Shown here in pieces: positions 15,001-30,000 of a stretch of 64,000 nt of DNA. Below the pieces are notes generated by a model. The model searched no databases. It was not told the origin of the DNA and saw only the letters and a program-made list of their open reading frames with translations. Each line of letters starts with the position of its first letter. Within the stretch, counting starts at the first letter, position 1. The DNA comes from Eledone cirrhosa (taxonomy: Eukaryota), in contig OZ024748.1 of the NCBI GenBank assembly GCA_964016885.1, positions 41,044,001-41,108,000 on the forward strand. Reading direction: 5' to 3'. Made by a program: the position numbers and the translations under genes.

Positions 15001-18000
15001 AGTTAGTTACTGTTATACAGATGTAATTACTGTAATATTGATGTAGTTACTGTTATATAGATGTAATCACTGTAATATAGATGTAGTTATGTCATACACA
15101 TGTAGTTACTGTTATATAGATGTAATCACTGTAATATAGATGTAGTTACAGTAATACAGATGTAGTTACTGTTATATAGATGTAGTTACTGTAATATAGA
15201 TGTAGTTAATGTTATACAGATGTAATCAATGTAATATAGATGTAGTCACTGTTATATTGATGTAGTTATGTAATACAGATTTAGTTACTGTAATATAGAT
15301 GTAGTTACTGTTATATTGATACAGTTACTGTAATACAGATGTAGTTACTGTTATATTGATGTAGTTAATGTACTACAGATGTAATCACAGTAATATAGAT
15401 GTAGTTAATATAATACATATGTAGATACTGTAATACTGTAATATAGATGTAGTTACTGTTATACATATGTAATCACTGAAATATATATGTAGTTTCTGTT
15501 GATGTAGTTACTGTAATACAGATGTAGATAGTGTTATACAGATGTAGTTACTGTAATACAGATGTAGTTACTGTTATATTGATGTAGTTACTGTAATACA
15601 GATGTAGTTACTGTAATATAGATGTAGTTACTGTTATACATATGTAATCACTGAAATATATATGTAGTTTCTGTTGATGTAGTTACTGTTATATAGATGT
15701 AGTTACTGTAATATAGATGTAGTTACTGTTATATTGATGTAGTTACTGTAATACAGATGTAGTTACTGTAATATAGATGTAGTTACTGTAATACAGAGGA
15801 AGTTACTGTTATATAGATGTAGCTACTGTAATATAGATGTAGTTACTGTTATACTGATGTAATCACTGTAACATAGATGTAGTTACTGTTATATAGATGT
15901 AGTTACTGTAATATAGATGTATTTACTGTTATAGAGATGTAATCACTGTAACATAGATGAAGTTACTGTAATACAGATGTAGTTTCTGTTATATAGATAT
16001 AGTCACTGTAATACAGATGTAGTTACTGTAATACAGATGTAATCACTGTAAAATAGATATAGTTACTCCAATATCAATGTAGTTACTGTTATATTGATGT
16101 AGTTACTGTAATACAGATGTAATCAGTGTAATATAGATGTAGTTGCTGCAATACAGATTTAGATACCGTTATATAGATGTAATTACTGTAATACAGATGT
16201 AATCACAGTAATATAGTTGTAGTTACTGTAATACAGATGTAGTTACTGTTATACAGATGTAGTCACTGTAATATAGATGTAGCTACTGTAATACAGATGT
16301 AGTTACTGTTATATGGATTTAGTTACTGTTATATGGATGTGGTTACTGTAATATAGATGTAGTTACTGTAATATAGATGTAGTTATTGTTATACAGATGT
16401 AGTCACTGTAATACAGATATAGTTATTGTTATTTAGATGTAGTTGCTGTTATATGGATGTGGTTACTGTAATATAGATGTAGTTACTGTAATATAGATGT
16501 AGTTACTGTTATATTGATGTAGTTACTGTAATACAGATGTAGTTACTGTTTAATAGATGTAGTTACTGTAATACAGATGTAGTTACGGTTATACAGATGT
16601 AATCACTGTAATATAGATGTAGTGTCTGTAATACAGATGTAGTTACTGTAATATAGATGTAGTTACTGTTATACAGATGTAGTCACTGAAATACAGATAT
16701 AATCACTGTAATATAGATGTAGTCACTCTAATATAGATGTAGTTACTCTTATATTGATGTAGTTAAGTAATACAGATGTAGTTACTGTTATATTGATGTA
16801 GTTACGTTAATACAGATGTAACGACTGTAATATAGATGTAGTTACTGTAATATAGATGTAGTTACGGTTATGTTGATGCAGTTACTGTAATACACATGTA
16901 GTTACTGTAATACAGATGTAGTACCTGTTATATAGATGTAGTCACTGTAATATAGATGTAGTTACTGTAATACAGATTTGGTTACTGTAATACAGATGTA
17001 GCTACTGTTATATAGATGTAGTTACTGTAATACAGATGTAGTTACTGTTATACAAATGTAATCACAGTAATATATATGTAGCTACTGTAATGCAGATGTA
17101 GTCACTGTTATATAGATGTAGTTACTGTAATATAGATGTAGTTACTGTAATATAGATGGAGTTACTGTTATATTGATGTAGTTACTGTAATACAGATGTA
17201 GTTACTGTAATACAGATATAATCACTGTAATATAGATGTATTTACTTAATACAGATGAAGCTACTGTAATACGGATGTAATCACTGTAATATATATGTAG
17301 TCACTGTAATATATATGTAGTTACTGTTATACAGATGTAATCACTGTAATATAGATGTAGTTACTGTTATATAGATGTAATCACTGTAATATAGATGTAG
17401 TTATGTAATACAGATGTAGTTACTGTAATATAGATGTAGTTACTGTTATATTGATACAGTTACTGTAATACAGATGTAGTTACTGTTATATTGATGTAAT
17501 CACTGTAATATAGATTTAGTTACAGTAATACAGATGTAGTTACTGTTATATAGATGTAGTTCCTGTAATGCAGATGTAGTTACTGTTATAGGGATGTAGT
17601 CACTGTAATATAGATGTAGTTACTGTCATATAGATGTAGTTACTGTAATATAGATGTATTTACTTTTAAACAGATGTAATCACTGTAATATAGATGTAGT
17701 TATGGTAATATAGATGTAGTTACTGTTATATTGATGTAGTCACTGTAATACAGATGTTGCTACTGTAATACAGATGTAGATACTGTTATACAGATGTAGT
17801 TACTGTAATACAGATATGGTTACTGTTATATAGATGCAGTTACTGTAATATAGATGTAGTTACTGTAATATAGATGTAGTTACTGTAATATAGATGTAGT
17901 TACTTTATACAGATGTAATCACTATAATATAAATGTAGTTACTGTTATATAGATGTAATCACTGTAATATAGATGTAGTTATGTAATACAGATGTAGTTA

Positions 18001-21000
18001 CTGTAATATAGATGTAGTTACTGTAATATAGATGTAGTTTCTGTTATATTGATACAGTTACTGTAATACAGATGTAGTTACTGTTATATTGATGTAGTTA
18101 CTGTAATACTGATGTAGTTACTGTTATACTGATGTAATCACTGTAATATAGATGTAGTTACTTTATATAGATGTAGTTACTGTAATATAGATGTAGTTAC
18201 TATTATACAGATGTAATCACTGTAATATAGATTTAGTTACTGCTATATTGATGTAGTTACTGTAATACAGATGTAGTTACTGTTATACAGATGTAATCAC
18301 TGTAGTATAGATGTAGTTACTGTAATATAGATGTAGCTACTGTTATATTGATGTAGTTACGGTAATACAGATGTAGTTACTGTAATAAAGATGTAGATAC
18401 TGTTATACAGATGTAGTTATGGTAATATAAATGTAGTTACTGTAATACAGATGTAGTTATTGTTATATAGATGTAGTTACTGTTATATTGATGTAGTTAT
18501 GGTAATATAGATGAAGTTACTGTTATATAGATGTAGTTACTGTTATATAGATGTAGTTACTGTAATACAGATGTAGTTACTGTAATATAGATGTAGTTAC
18601 AGCTATACAGATTTAATCAGTGTAATATAGATGTAGTTACTGTTATATTGATCTAGTTATGTAATGTGTATGTAGTTACTGTAATACAGATGTAACCACT
18701 GTAATATTGATGTAGTTACTGTAATACAGATGTAGTTACTGTTATATAGATGTAATACAGATATGGATACTGTTATATAGATGTAATTACTGTAATATAG
18801 ATGTAGTTAGTGTTATATAGCTGTAGTTACTGTAATATAGAGTTAGTTACTGTTATACAGATGTAATAACTGTAATATTGATGTAGTTACTGTTATATAG
18901 ATGTAATCACTGTAATATAGATGTAGTTATGTCATACACATGTAGTTACTGTTATATAGATGTAATCACTGTAATATAGATGTAGTTACAGTAATACAGA
19001 TGTAGTTACTGCTATATAGATGTAGTTACTGTAATATAGATGTAGTTAATGTTATACAGATGTAATCAATGTAATATAGATGTAGTCACTGTTATATTGA
19101 TGTAGTTATGTAATACAGATTTAGTTACTGTAATATAGATGTAATTACTGTTATATTGATACAGTTACTGTAATACAGATGTAGTTACTGTTATATTGAT
19201 GTAGTTAATGTACTACAGATGTAATCACAGTAATATAGATGTAGTTAATATAATACATATGTAGATACTGTAATACAGTTATATAGATGTAGTTACTGTA
19301 ATATAGATGTAGTTACTGTTATACATATGTAATCACTGAAATATATATGTAGTTTCTGTTGATGTAGTTACTGTAATACAGATGTAGATAGTGTTATACA
19401 GATGTAGTTACTGTAAAATAGATGTAGTTACTGTTATATAGATGTAGTTACTGTAATATAGATGTAGTTACTGTAATACAGATGTAGTTACTGTAATACA
19501 GATGTAGTTACTGTTATATAGATGTAGTTACTGTAATATAGATGTACTTACTGTTATAGAGATGTAATCACTGTAATATAGATGAAGTTACTGTAATACA
19601 GATGTAGTTTCTGTTATATAGATATAGTCACTGTAATACAGATGTAGTTACTGTAATACAGATGTAATCACTGTAATATAGATATAGTTACTCTAATATC
19701 AATGTAGTTACTGTTATATTGATGTAGTTACTGTAATACAGATGTAATCAGTGTAATATAGATGTAGTTGCTGCAATACAGATTTAGATACCGTTATATA
19801 GATGTATTTACTGTAATACAGATGTAGTTACTGTTATACAGATGTAATCACAGTAATATAGTTGTAGTTACTGTAATACAGATGTAGTTATTGTTATACA
19901 GATGTAGTCACTGTAATATAGATGTAGGTACTGTAATACAGATGTAGTTACTGTTATATAGATTTAGTTACTGTTATATGGATGTGGTTACTGTAATAAA
20001 GATGTAGTTACTGTAATATAGATGTAGTTATTGTTATACAGATGTAGTCACTGTAATACAGATATAGTTATTGTTATTTAGATGTAGTTGCTGTTATATG
20101 GATGTGGTTACTGTAATATAGATGTAGTTACTGTAATATAGATGTAGTTACTGTTATATTGATGTAGTTACTGTAATACAGATGCAGTTACTGTTTAATA
20201 GATGTAGTTACTGTAATACAGATGTAGTTATGGTTATACAGATGTAATAACTGTAATATAGATGTAGTTTCTGTAATACAGATGTAGTTACTGTAATATA
20301 GATGTAGTTACTGTTATACAGATGTAATCACTGTAATATAGATGTAGTTACTGTAATACAGATATGGTTACTGTAATACAGATGTTGTTACTGTTATATT
20401 GATGTAGTTACTGTAATACAGAGGTAGTTACTGTTATATAGATGTAGTTACTGTAATATAGATGTAGTTACTGTTATGACGATGTAATCACCTTAATATA
20501 GATATAGTTACTGTAATACAGATGTAGTTACTGTTATATAGATGTAGTTACTGTTATATAGATGTAGTTACTGTTATATAGATGTAGTTACTGTTATATT
20601 GATGCAGTCACTGTAATACAGATGTAGTTACTGTAATACAGATGTAGTTACTCTAATATAGATGCAGTTACTGTTATACAGATGTAATAACTGTAATATA
20701 GATGTAGTTACTGTTATGACGATGTAATCACCTTAATATAGATATAGTTACTGTAATACAGATGTAGTTACTGTTATATAGATGTAGTCACTGTAATATA
20801 GATGTAGTTCTGGTAATACAGATTTGGTTACTGTAATACAGATGTAGCTACTGTTATATAGATGTAGTTACTGTTATATAGATGTAGTTACTGTTATATA
20901 GATGTAGTCATTGTAATATAGATGTAGTTACTGTTATACAGATGTAATAACTGTAATATAGATGTAGTTACTGTTATATTGATGTAGTTACTTTTATACA

Positions 21001-24000
21001 GATGTAATCACTGTAATATAGATGTAGTTACTGTTATATAGATGTAATCACTGTAATATACATGTAGTTACTGTAATACTGATGTTGTTACTGTTACATA
21101 GATGTAGTTACTGTAATACAGATGTAGTTACTGTTATATAGATATAGCTACTGTAATACAGATGTAGTTACTGTAATACAGATGTAGATACTAATATACA
21201 GATGTAGTTACTGTATTACAGATATGGTTACTGTAATATAGATGTAGTTAATGTTATACAGATGTAATCAATGTAATATAGATGTAGTTACTGTTATATA
21301 GATGTAGTTAGTGTAATATAGATGTAGTTACCGTAATACAGATGTAGTTACTGTTACATTGATGTAGATACTGTTATACAGATGTAGTTACTGTAATATA
21401 GATGTAGTTACTGTTATATTGATGTAGTTACTGTAATACAGATGTAGTTACTGTAATATAGATGTAGTTACTGTAATATAGATATAGTTACTGTTATACA
21501 GATGTAGTTACTGTAATACAGATATAATCACTGTAATATAAATGTAGTCACTCTAATATAGATGTAGTTACTCTTATATTGATGTAGTTATGTAATACAG
21601 ATGTAGTTACTGTTATATTGATGTAGTTACGTTAATACAGATGTAACGACTGTAATATAGATGTAGTTACTGTAATATAGATGTAGTTACTGTTATATTG
21701 ATGCAGTTACTGTAATACACATGTAGTTACTGTAATACAGATGTAGTTACTGTTATATAGATGTAGTCACTGTAATATAGATGTAGTTACTGTAATACAG
21801 ATTTGGTTACTGTAATACAGATGTAGCTACTGTAATACAGATGTAGTTACTGTTATACAGATGTAATCACTGTAATATAGATGTAGCTACTGTAATGCAA
21901 ATGTAGTCACTGTTATATAGATGTAGTTACTGTAATATAGATGTAGTTACTGTAATATAGATGTAGTTACTGTTATATTGATGTAGTTACTGTAATACAG
22001 ATGTAGTTACTGTAATACAGATATAATCACTGTAATATAGATGTATTTACTGTAATACAGATGAAGCTACTGTAATACAGATGTAATCACTGTAATATAT
22101 ATGTAGTTACTGTTATACAGATGTAATCACTGTAATATAGATGTAGTTATGTAATACAGATGTAGTTACTGTAATATAGATGTAGTTACTGTTATATTGA
22201 TACAGTTACTGTAATACAGATGTAGTTACTGTTATATTGATGTAATCACTGTAATATAGATTTAGTTACAGTAATACAGATGTAGTTACTGTTATATAGA
22301 TGTAGTTCCTGTAATGCAGATGTAGTTACTGTTATAGGGATGTAGTCACTGTAATATAGATGTAGTTACTGTTATATAGATGGAGTTACTGTAATATAGA
22401 TGTAGTTACTTTTAAACAGATGTAATCACTGTAATATAGATGTAGTTACGGTAATATAGATGTAGTTACTGTTCTGTTGATGTAGTCACTGTAATACAGA
22501 TGTTGCTACTGTAATACAGATGTAGATACTGTTATTCAGATGTAGTTACTGTAATAGAGATATGGTTACTGTTATATAGATGCAGTTACTGTTATATAGA
22601 TGTAGTTACTGTAATATAGATGTAGTTACTGTAATATAGATGTAGTTACTTTATACAGATGTAATCACTGTAATATAAATGTAGTTACTGTTATCTAGAT
22701 GTAATCACTGTAATATAGATGTAGTTACTGTAATATAGATGTAGTTACTGTAATAAAGATGTAGTTACTGATATATTGATACAGTTACTGTAATACAGAT
22801 GTAGTTACTGTTATATTGATGTAGTTACTGTAATACTGATATAGTTACTGTTATACTGATGTAATCACTGTAATATAGATGTAGTTACAGCAATAGTAGA
22901 TGTAGTTACTTTATATAGATGTAGTTACTGTAATATAGATGTAGTTACTATTATACAGATGTAATCACTGTAATATAGATGTAGTTACTGCTATATTGAT
23001 GTAGTTACTGTTATATTGTAGTTACTGTAATACAGATGTAGTTACTGTTATACAGATGTAATCACTGTAGTATAGATGTAGTTACTGTAATATAGATGTA
23101 GCTACTGTTATATTGATGTAGTTACGGCAATACAGATGTAGTTACTGTAATAAAGATGTAGATACTGTTATACAGATGTAGTTATTGTAATATAGATGTA
23201 GTTACTTTAATACAGATGTAGTTATTGTTATATAGATGTAGTTACTGTTATATTGATGTAGTTATTGTAATATAGATGTAGTTACTGTTATATAGATGTA
23301 GTTACTGTAATACAGATGTAGTTACTGTAATATAGATGTAGTTACTGTTATATTGATACAGTTACTGTAATACAGATGTAGTTACTGTTATATTGATGTA
23401 ATCACTGTAATATAGATTTAGTTACAGTAATAGAGATGTAGTTACTGTTATATAGATGTAGTTCCTGTAATGCAGATGTAGTTACTGTTATAGGGATGTA
23501 GTCACTGTAATATAGATGTAGTTACTGTTATATAGATGTAGTTACTGTAATATAGATGTAGTTACTTTTAAACAGATGTAATCACTGTAATATATATGTA
23601 GTTACTGTTATATTGATGTAGTCACTGTAATACAGATGTAGATACTGTCATACAGATGTAGTTACTGTAATACAGATATGGTTACTGTTATATAGATGCA
23701 GTTACTGTTATATAGATGTAGTTACTATAATATAGATGTAGTTACTGTAATATAGATGTAGTTACTTTATACAGATGTAATCACTGTAATATAAATGTAG
23801 TTACTGTTATCTAGATGTAATCACTGTAATATAGATGTAGTTATGTAATACAGATGTAGTTACTGTAATATAGATGTAGTTACTGTAATATAGATGTAGT
23901 TACTGTTATATTGATACAGTTACTGTAATACAGATGTAGTTACTGTTATATTGATGTAGTTACTGTAATACTGATGTAGTTACTGTTATACTGATGTAAT

Positions 24001-27000
24001 CACTGTAATATAGATGTAGTTGCAGCAATAGTAGATGTAGTTACTTTATATAGATGTAGTTACTGTAATATAGATGTAGTTACTATTATACAGATGTAAT
24101 CACTGTAATATATATGTAGTTACTGCTATATTGATGTAGTTACTGTAATACAGACGTAGTTACTGTTATATAGATGTAGTTACTGTAATATAGATGTAGT
24201 TACTGTTATACAGATGTAATCACTGTAATATAGATGTAGTTACTCTGATATAGATGTAGTTACTGTTATATTGTAGTTACTGTAATACAGATGTAGTTAC
24301 TGTTATACAGATGTAATCACTGTAGTATAGATGTAGTTACTGTAATATAGATGTAGCTACTGTAACATTGATGTAGTTACGGTAATACAGATGTAGTTAC
24401 TGTAATAAAGATGTAGATACTGTCATAAAGATGTAGATACTGTCATACAGATGTAGTTATTGTAATATAGATGTAGTTACTGTAATACAGATATAGTTAT
24501 TGTTATATAGATGTAGTTACTGTTATATTGATGTGGTTATTGTAATATAGATGTAGTTACTGTTATATAGATGTAGTTACTGTTATATAGATGTAGTTAC
24601 TGTAATACAGATGTAGTTACTGTTATATTGATGTAGTTACTGTAATACAGATGTAGTTACTGTAATATAGATGTAGTTACTGCTATACAGATTTAATCAC
24701 TGTAATATAGATGTAGTTACTGTTATATCGATCTAGTTATGTAATACAGATGTAGTTACTGTAATACAGATGTAACCACTGTAATATAGATGTAGTTACT
24801 GTAATACAGATGTAGTTACTGTTATATAGATGTAGTTACTGTAATATAAATGTAGTTACTGTAATATAGAAGTAGTTACTGTAATATAGATGTAGTTACA
24901 GTAATACAGATGTAGTTACTGTTATATAGATGTAGTTACTGTAATATAGATGTAGTTAATGTTATACAGATGTAATCAATGTAATATAGATGTAGTTACT
25001 GTTATATTGATGTAGTTATGTAATACAGATGTAGTTACTGTAATATAGATGTAGTTACTGTTATATTGATACGGTTACTGTAATACAGATGTAGTTAGTG
25101 TTATATTGATGTAGTTAATGTAATACAGATGTAATCACAGTAATATAGATGTAGTTAATATAATACATATGTAGATACTGTAATACAGATAAGGTTACTG
25201 TTATATAGATGTAGTTACTGTAATATAGATGTAGTTACTGTTATACATATGTAATCACTGAAATATATACGTAGTTTCTGTTGATGTAGTTACTGTAATA
25301 CAGATGTAGATACTGTTATACAGATGTAGTTACTCTAATACAGATGTAGTTACTGTAATACAGATGTAGTTACTGTTATATTGATGTAGTTACTGTTATA
25401 TAGATGTAGTTACTGTAATATAGATGTAGTTACTGTTATATTGATATAGTTACTGTAATACAGATGTAGTTACTGTAATATAGATGTAGTTACTGTAATA
25501 TAGATGTAGTTACTGTTATATAGATGTAGCTACTGTAATATAGATGTAGTTACTGTTATACCGATGTAATCACAGTAATATAGATGTAGTTACTGTTATA
25601 TAGATGTAATCACTGTAATATAGATGTAGTTACTGTAATACAGATGTAGTTACTGTTATATAGATGTACTTACTGTAATATAGATGTACTTACTGTTATA
25701 GAAATGTAATCACTGTAATATAGATGAAGTTACTGTAATACAGATGTAGTTTCTGTTATATAGATATAGTCACTGTAATACAGATGTAGTTACTGTAATA
25801 CAGATGTAATCACTGTAATATAGATATAGTTACTCTAATATCGATGTAGTTACTGTTATATTGATGTAGTTACTGTAATACAGATGTAATCAGTGTAATA
25901 TAGATGTAGTTGCTGCAATACAGATTTAGATACCGTTATATAGATGTAATTACTGTAATACAGATGAAGTTACTGTTATACAGATGTAATCACAGTAATA
26001 TAGTTGTAGTTACTGTAATACAGATGTAGTTACTGTTATATAGATTTAGTTACTGTTATATGGATGTGGTTACTGTAATATTAGATGTAGTTACTGTAAT
26101 ATAGATGTAGTTATTGTTATACAGATGTAGTCACTGTAATACAGATATAGTTATTGTTATATAGATGTAGTTACTGTTATATGGATGTGGTCACTGTAAT
26201 ATAGATGTAGTTACTGAAATATAGATGTAGCTACTGTTATATTGATGTAGTTACTGTTTAATAGATGTAGTTACTGTAATACAGATGAAGTTACGGTTAT
26301 ACAGATGTAATCACTGTAATATAGATGTAGTTTCCGTAATACAGATGTAGTTACTGTAATATAGATGTAGTTACTGTTATACAGATGTAATCACTGCAAT
26401 ATAGATTTAGTCACTGTTATATTGATGTAGTTATGTAATACAGATGTAGTTACTGTAATATAGATGTAGTTACTGTTATATTGATACAGTTACTGTAATA
26501 CAGATGTAGTTACTGTTATATTGATGTAGTTAATGTAATACAGATGTAATCACAGTAATATAGATGTAGCTAATATAATACATATGTAGATACTGTAATA
26601 CAGATAAGGTTACTGTTATATAGATGTAGTTACTGTAATATAGATGTAGTTACTGTTATACATATGTAATCACTGAAATATATATGTAGTTTCTGTTGAT
26701 GTAGTTACTGTAATACAGATGTAGATACTGTTATACAGATGTAGTTACTGTAATACAGATGTAGTTACTGTAATACAGATGTAGTTACTGTTATATTGAT
26801 GTTGTTACTGTTATATAGATGTAGTTACTGTAATATAGATGTAGTTACTGTTATATTGATATAGTTACTGTAATACAGATGTAGTTACTGTAATATAGAT
26901 GTAGTTACTGTAATACAGATGTGGTTACTGTTATATAGATGTAGCTACTGTAATATAGATGTAGTTACAGTTATACCGATGTAATCACTGTAATATAGAT

Positions 27001-30000
27001 GTAGTTACTGTTATATAGATGTAATCACTGTAATATAGATGTAGTTACTGTAATACAGATGTAGTTACTGTTATATAGATGTAGTTACTGTAATATAGAT
27101 GTACTTACTGTTATAGAAATGTAATCACTGTAATATAGATGAAGTTACTGTAATACAGATGTAGTTTCTGTTATATAGATATAGTCACTGTAATACAGAT
27201 GTAGTTACTGTAATACAGATGTAATCACTGTAATATAGATATAGTTACTCTAATATCGATGTAGTTACTGTTATATTGATGTAGTTACTGTAATACAGAT
27301 GTAATCAGTGTAATATAGATGTAGTTGCTGCAATACAGATTTAGATACCGTTATATAGATGTAATTACTGTAATACAGATGAAGTTACTGTTATACAGAT
27401 GTAATCACAGTAATATAGTTGTAGTTACTGTAATACAGATGTAGATACTGTTATACAGATGTAGTCACTGTAATATAGATGTAGGTACTGTAATACAGAT
27501 GTAGTTACTGTTATATAGATTTAGTTACTGTTATATGGATGTGGTTACTGTAATATTAGATGTAGTTACTGTAATATAGATGTAGTTATTGTTATACAGA
27601 TGTAGTCACTGTAATACAGATATAGTTATTGTTATATAGATGTAGTTACTGTTATATGGATGTGGTCACTGTAATATAGATGTAGTTACTGTAATATAGA
27701 TGTAGTTACTGTTATATTGATGTAGTTACTGTTTAATAGATGTAGTTACTGTAATACAGATGTAGTTACGGTTATACAGATGTAATCACTGTAATATAGA
27801 TGTAGTTTCCGTAATACAGATGTAGTTACTGTAATATAGATGTAGTGACTGTTATACAGATGTAATCACTGCAATATAGATGTAGTCACTGTTATATTGA
27901 TGTAGTTACTGTAATACAGATTTAGTTAGTTAGTTATATTGATGTAGTTAGTGTAATACAGATGTAATCACTGTAATATAGATGTAGTTACTGTAATACA
28001 GATGTAGTTACTGTAATACAGATGTTGTTACTGTTATATTGATGCAGTTACTGTAATACAGATGTAGTCAATCTAATATAGATGTAGTTACTGTTATATT
28101 GATGTAGTTACTGTAATACAAATGTAATAATGGTAATATAGATGTAGTTATTGTTATATTGATGTAGTTACAGTTATATAGATGCAGTTACTGTTATACA
28201 GATGGAGTTACTGTTATAATGATGTAGTTACTGTAATACAGATGTAGTTACTGTAATATAGATGTAGTTACTGTTATATAGATGTAGTTACTGTTATATA
28301 GATGTAGTTACTGTTATACAGATGTAATCACTTTAATATAGATGTAGTTACTGTTATATAGATGTAGTTACTGTTATATAGATGTAGTTACTGTTATACA
28401 GATATAATCACTTTAATATAGATGTAGTTACTGTTATATAGATATAATCACTATAATACAGATGTAGTTAGTTATATTGATGTAATCATTGTAATATAGA
28501 TGTAGTTACTGTAATACAGATGTAGTTACTGTTATATAGATGTAGTTACTGTAATACAGATGTAGTTACTGTAATACAGATGTAGTTACTGTAATATAGA
28601 TGTAGTTACTGTTATATAGATGTAGTTACTGTTAAACAGATGTAATTACTTTAATATAGATGTAGTTACTGTTATATAGATGTAGTTACTGTAATACAGA
28701 TGTAGCTTCTGTTATACAGATGTAATCACTCTCAATATAGATGTAGTTACTGTTATATCGATGTAGTTACTGTAATACAGATGTAGTTAGTTAGTTATAT
28801 TGATGTAGTTACTGTAATACAGATGTAATCACTGTAATATAGATGTAGTTACTGTAATACATATGAAGTTACTGTTATATTGATATAGTTACTGTAATAC
28901 AGATGTAGATACTGTTATACAGATGTAGTTACTGCAATACAGATATGGTTACTGTTATATAGATGTAGTTACTGTAATATAGATGTAGTTACTGTTATAT
29001 AGATGTAGTTACTGTAATATAGATGTAGTTACTGTTATAGCGATGTAATCACTGTAATATAGATGTAGTTACTGTTATATTGATGTAATAACCTTAATAT
29101 AGATGTAGTTACTGTAATACAGATGTAGTTACTGTTATATAGATGTAGTTACTGTAATATAGATGTACTTACTGTTATACAGATGTAATCACTGTAATAT
29201 AGATGTAGTTACTCTAATATAGATGTAGTTACTGTTATATTGATGTAGTTACTGTAATACAGATGTAGTTAGTTATATTGATGTAGTTACTATAATACAG
29301 ATGTAATCACTGTAATATAGATGAAGTTACTGTAATACAGATGTAGTTTCTGTTATATAGATATAGTTACTGTAATACAGATGTAGTTACTGTTAAACAG
29401 ATGTAATCACTGTAATATAGATATAGTTACTCTAATATAGATGTAGTTACTGTTATATTGAAGTAGTTACTGTTATATTGAAGTAGTTACTGTTATATTG
29501 ATGTAGTTACTGTAATACAGATGTAATCAGTGTAATATAGATGTAGTTACAGCAATACAGATGTAGATACTGTTATATAGCTGTAATTACTGTAATACAG
29601 ATGTAGTTACTGTTATACAGATGTAATCACTGTAATATAGATGTAGTTACTGTAATACAGATGTAGTTACTGTTATATTGATATAGTTACTGTAATATAG
29701 ATGTAGTTACTGTTATACAGATGTAATCACTGTAATATAGATGTAGTTACTGTTATATAGATGCAGTTACTATTATACAGATGTAGTCACTGTAATATAG
29801 ATGTAGGTACTGTTACACAGATGTAGTCACTGTAATACAGATATAGTTACTGTTATATGGATGTGGTTACTGTAATATAGATGTAGTTATTGTTATACAG
29901 ATCTAGTTACTGTTATATTGATGTAGTTACTGTAATACAGATGTAATCACTGTAATATAGATGTAGTTACTGTAATACAGATGTAGTAAATGTTATATTG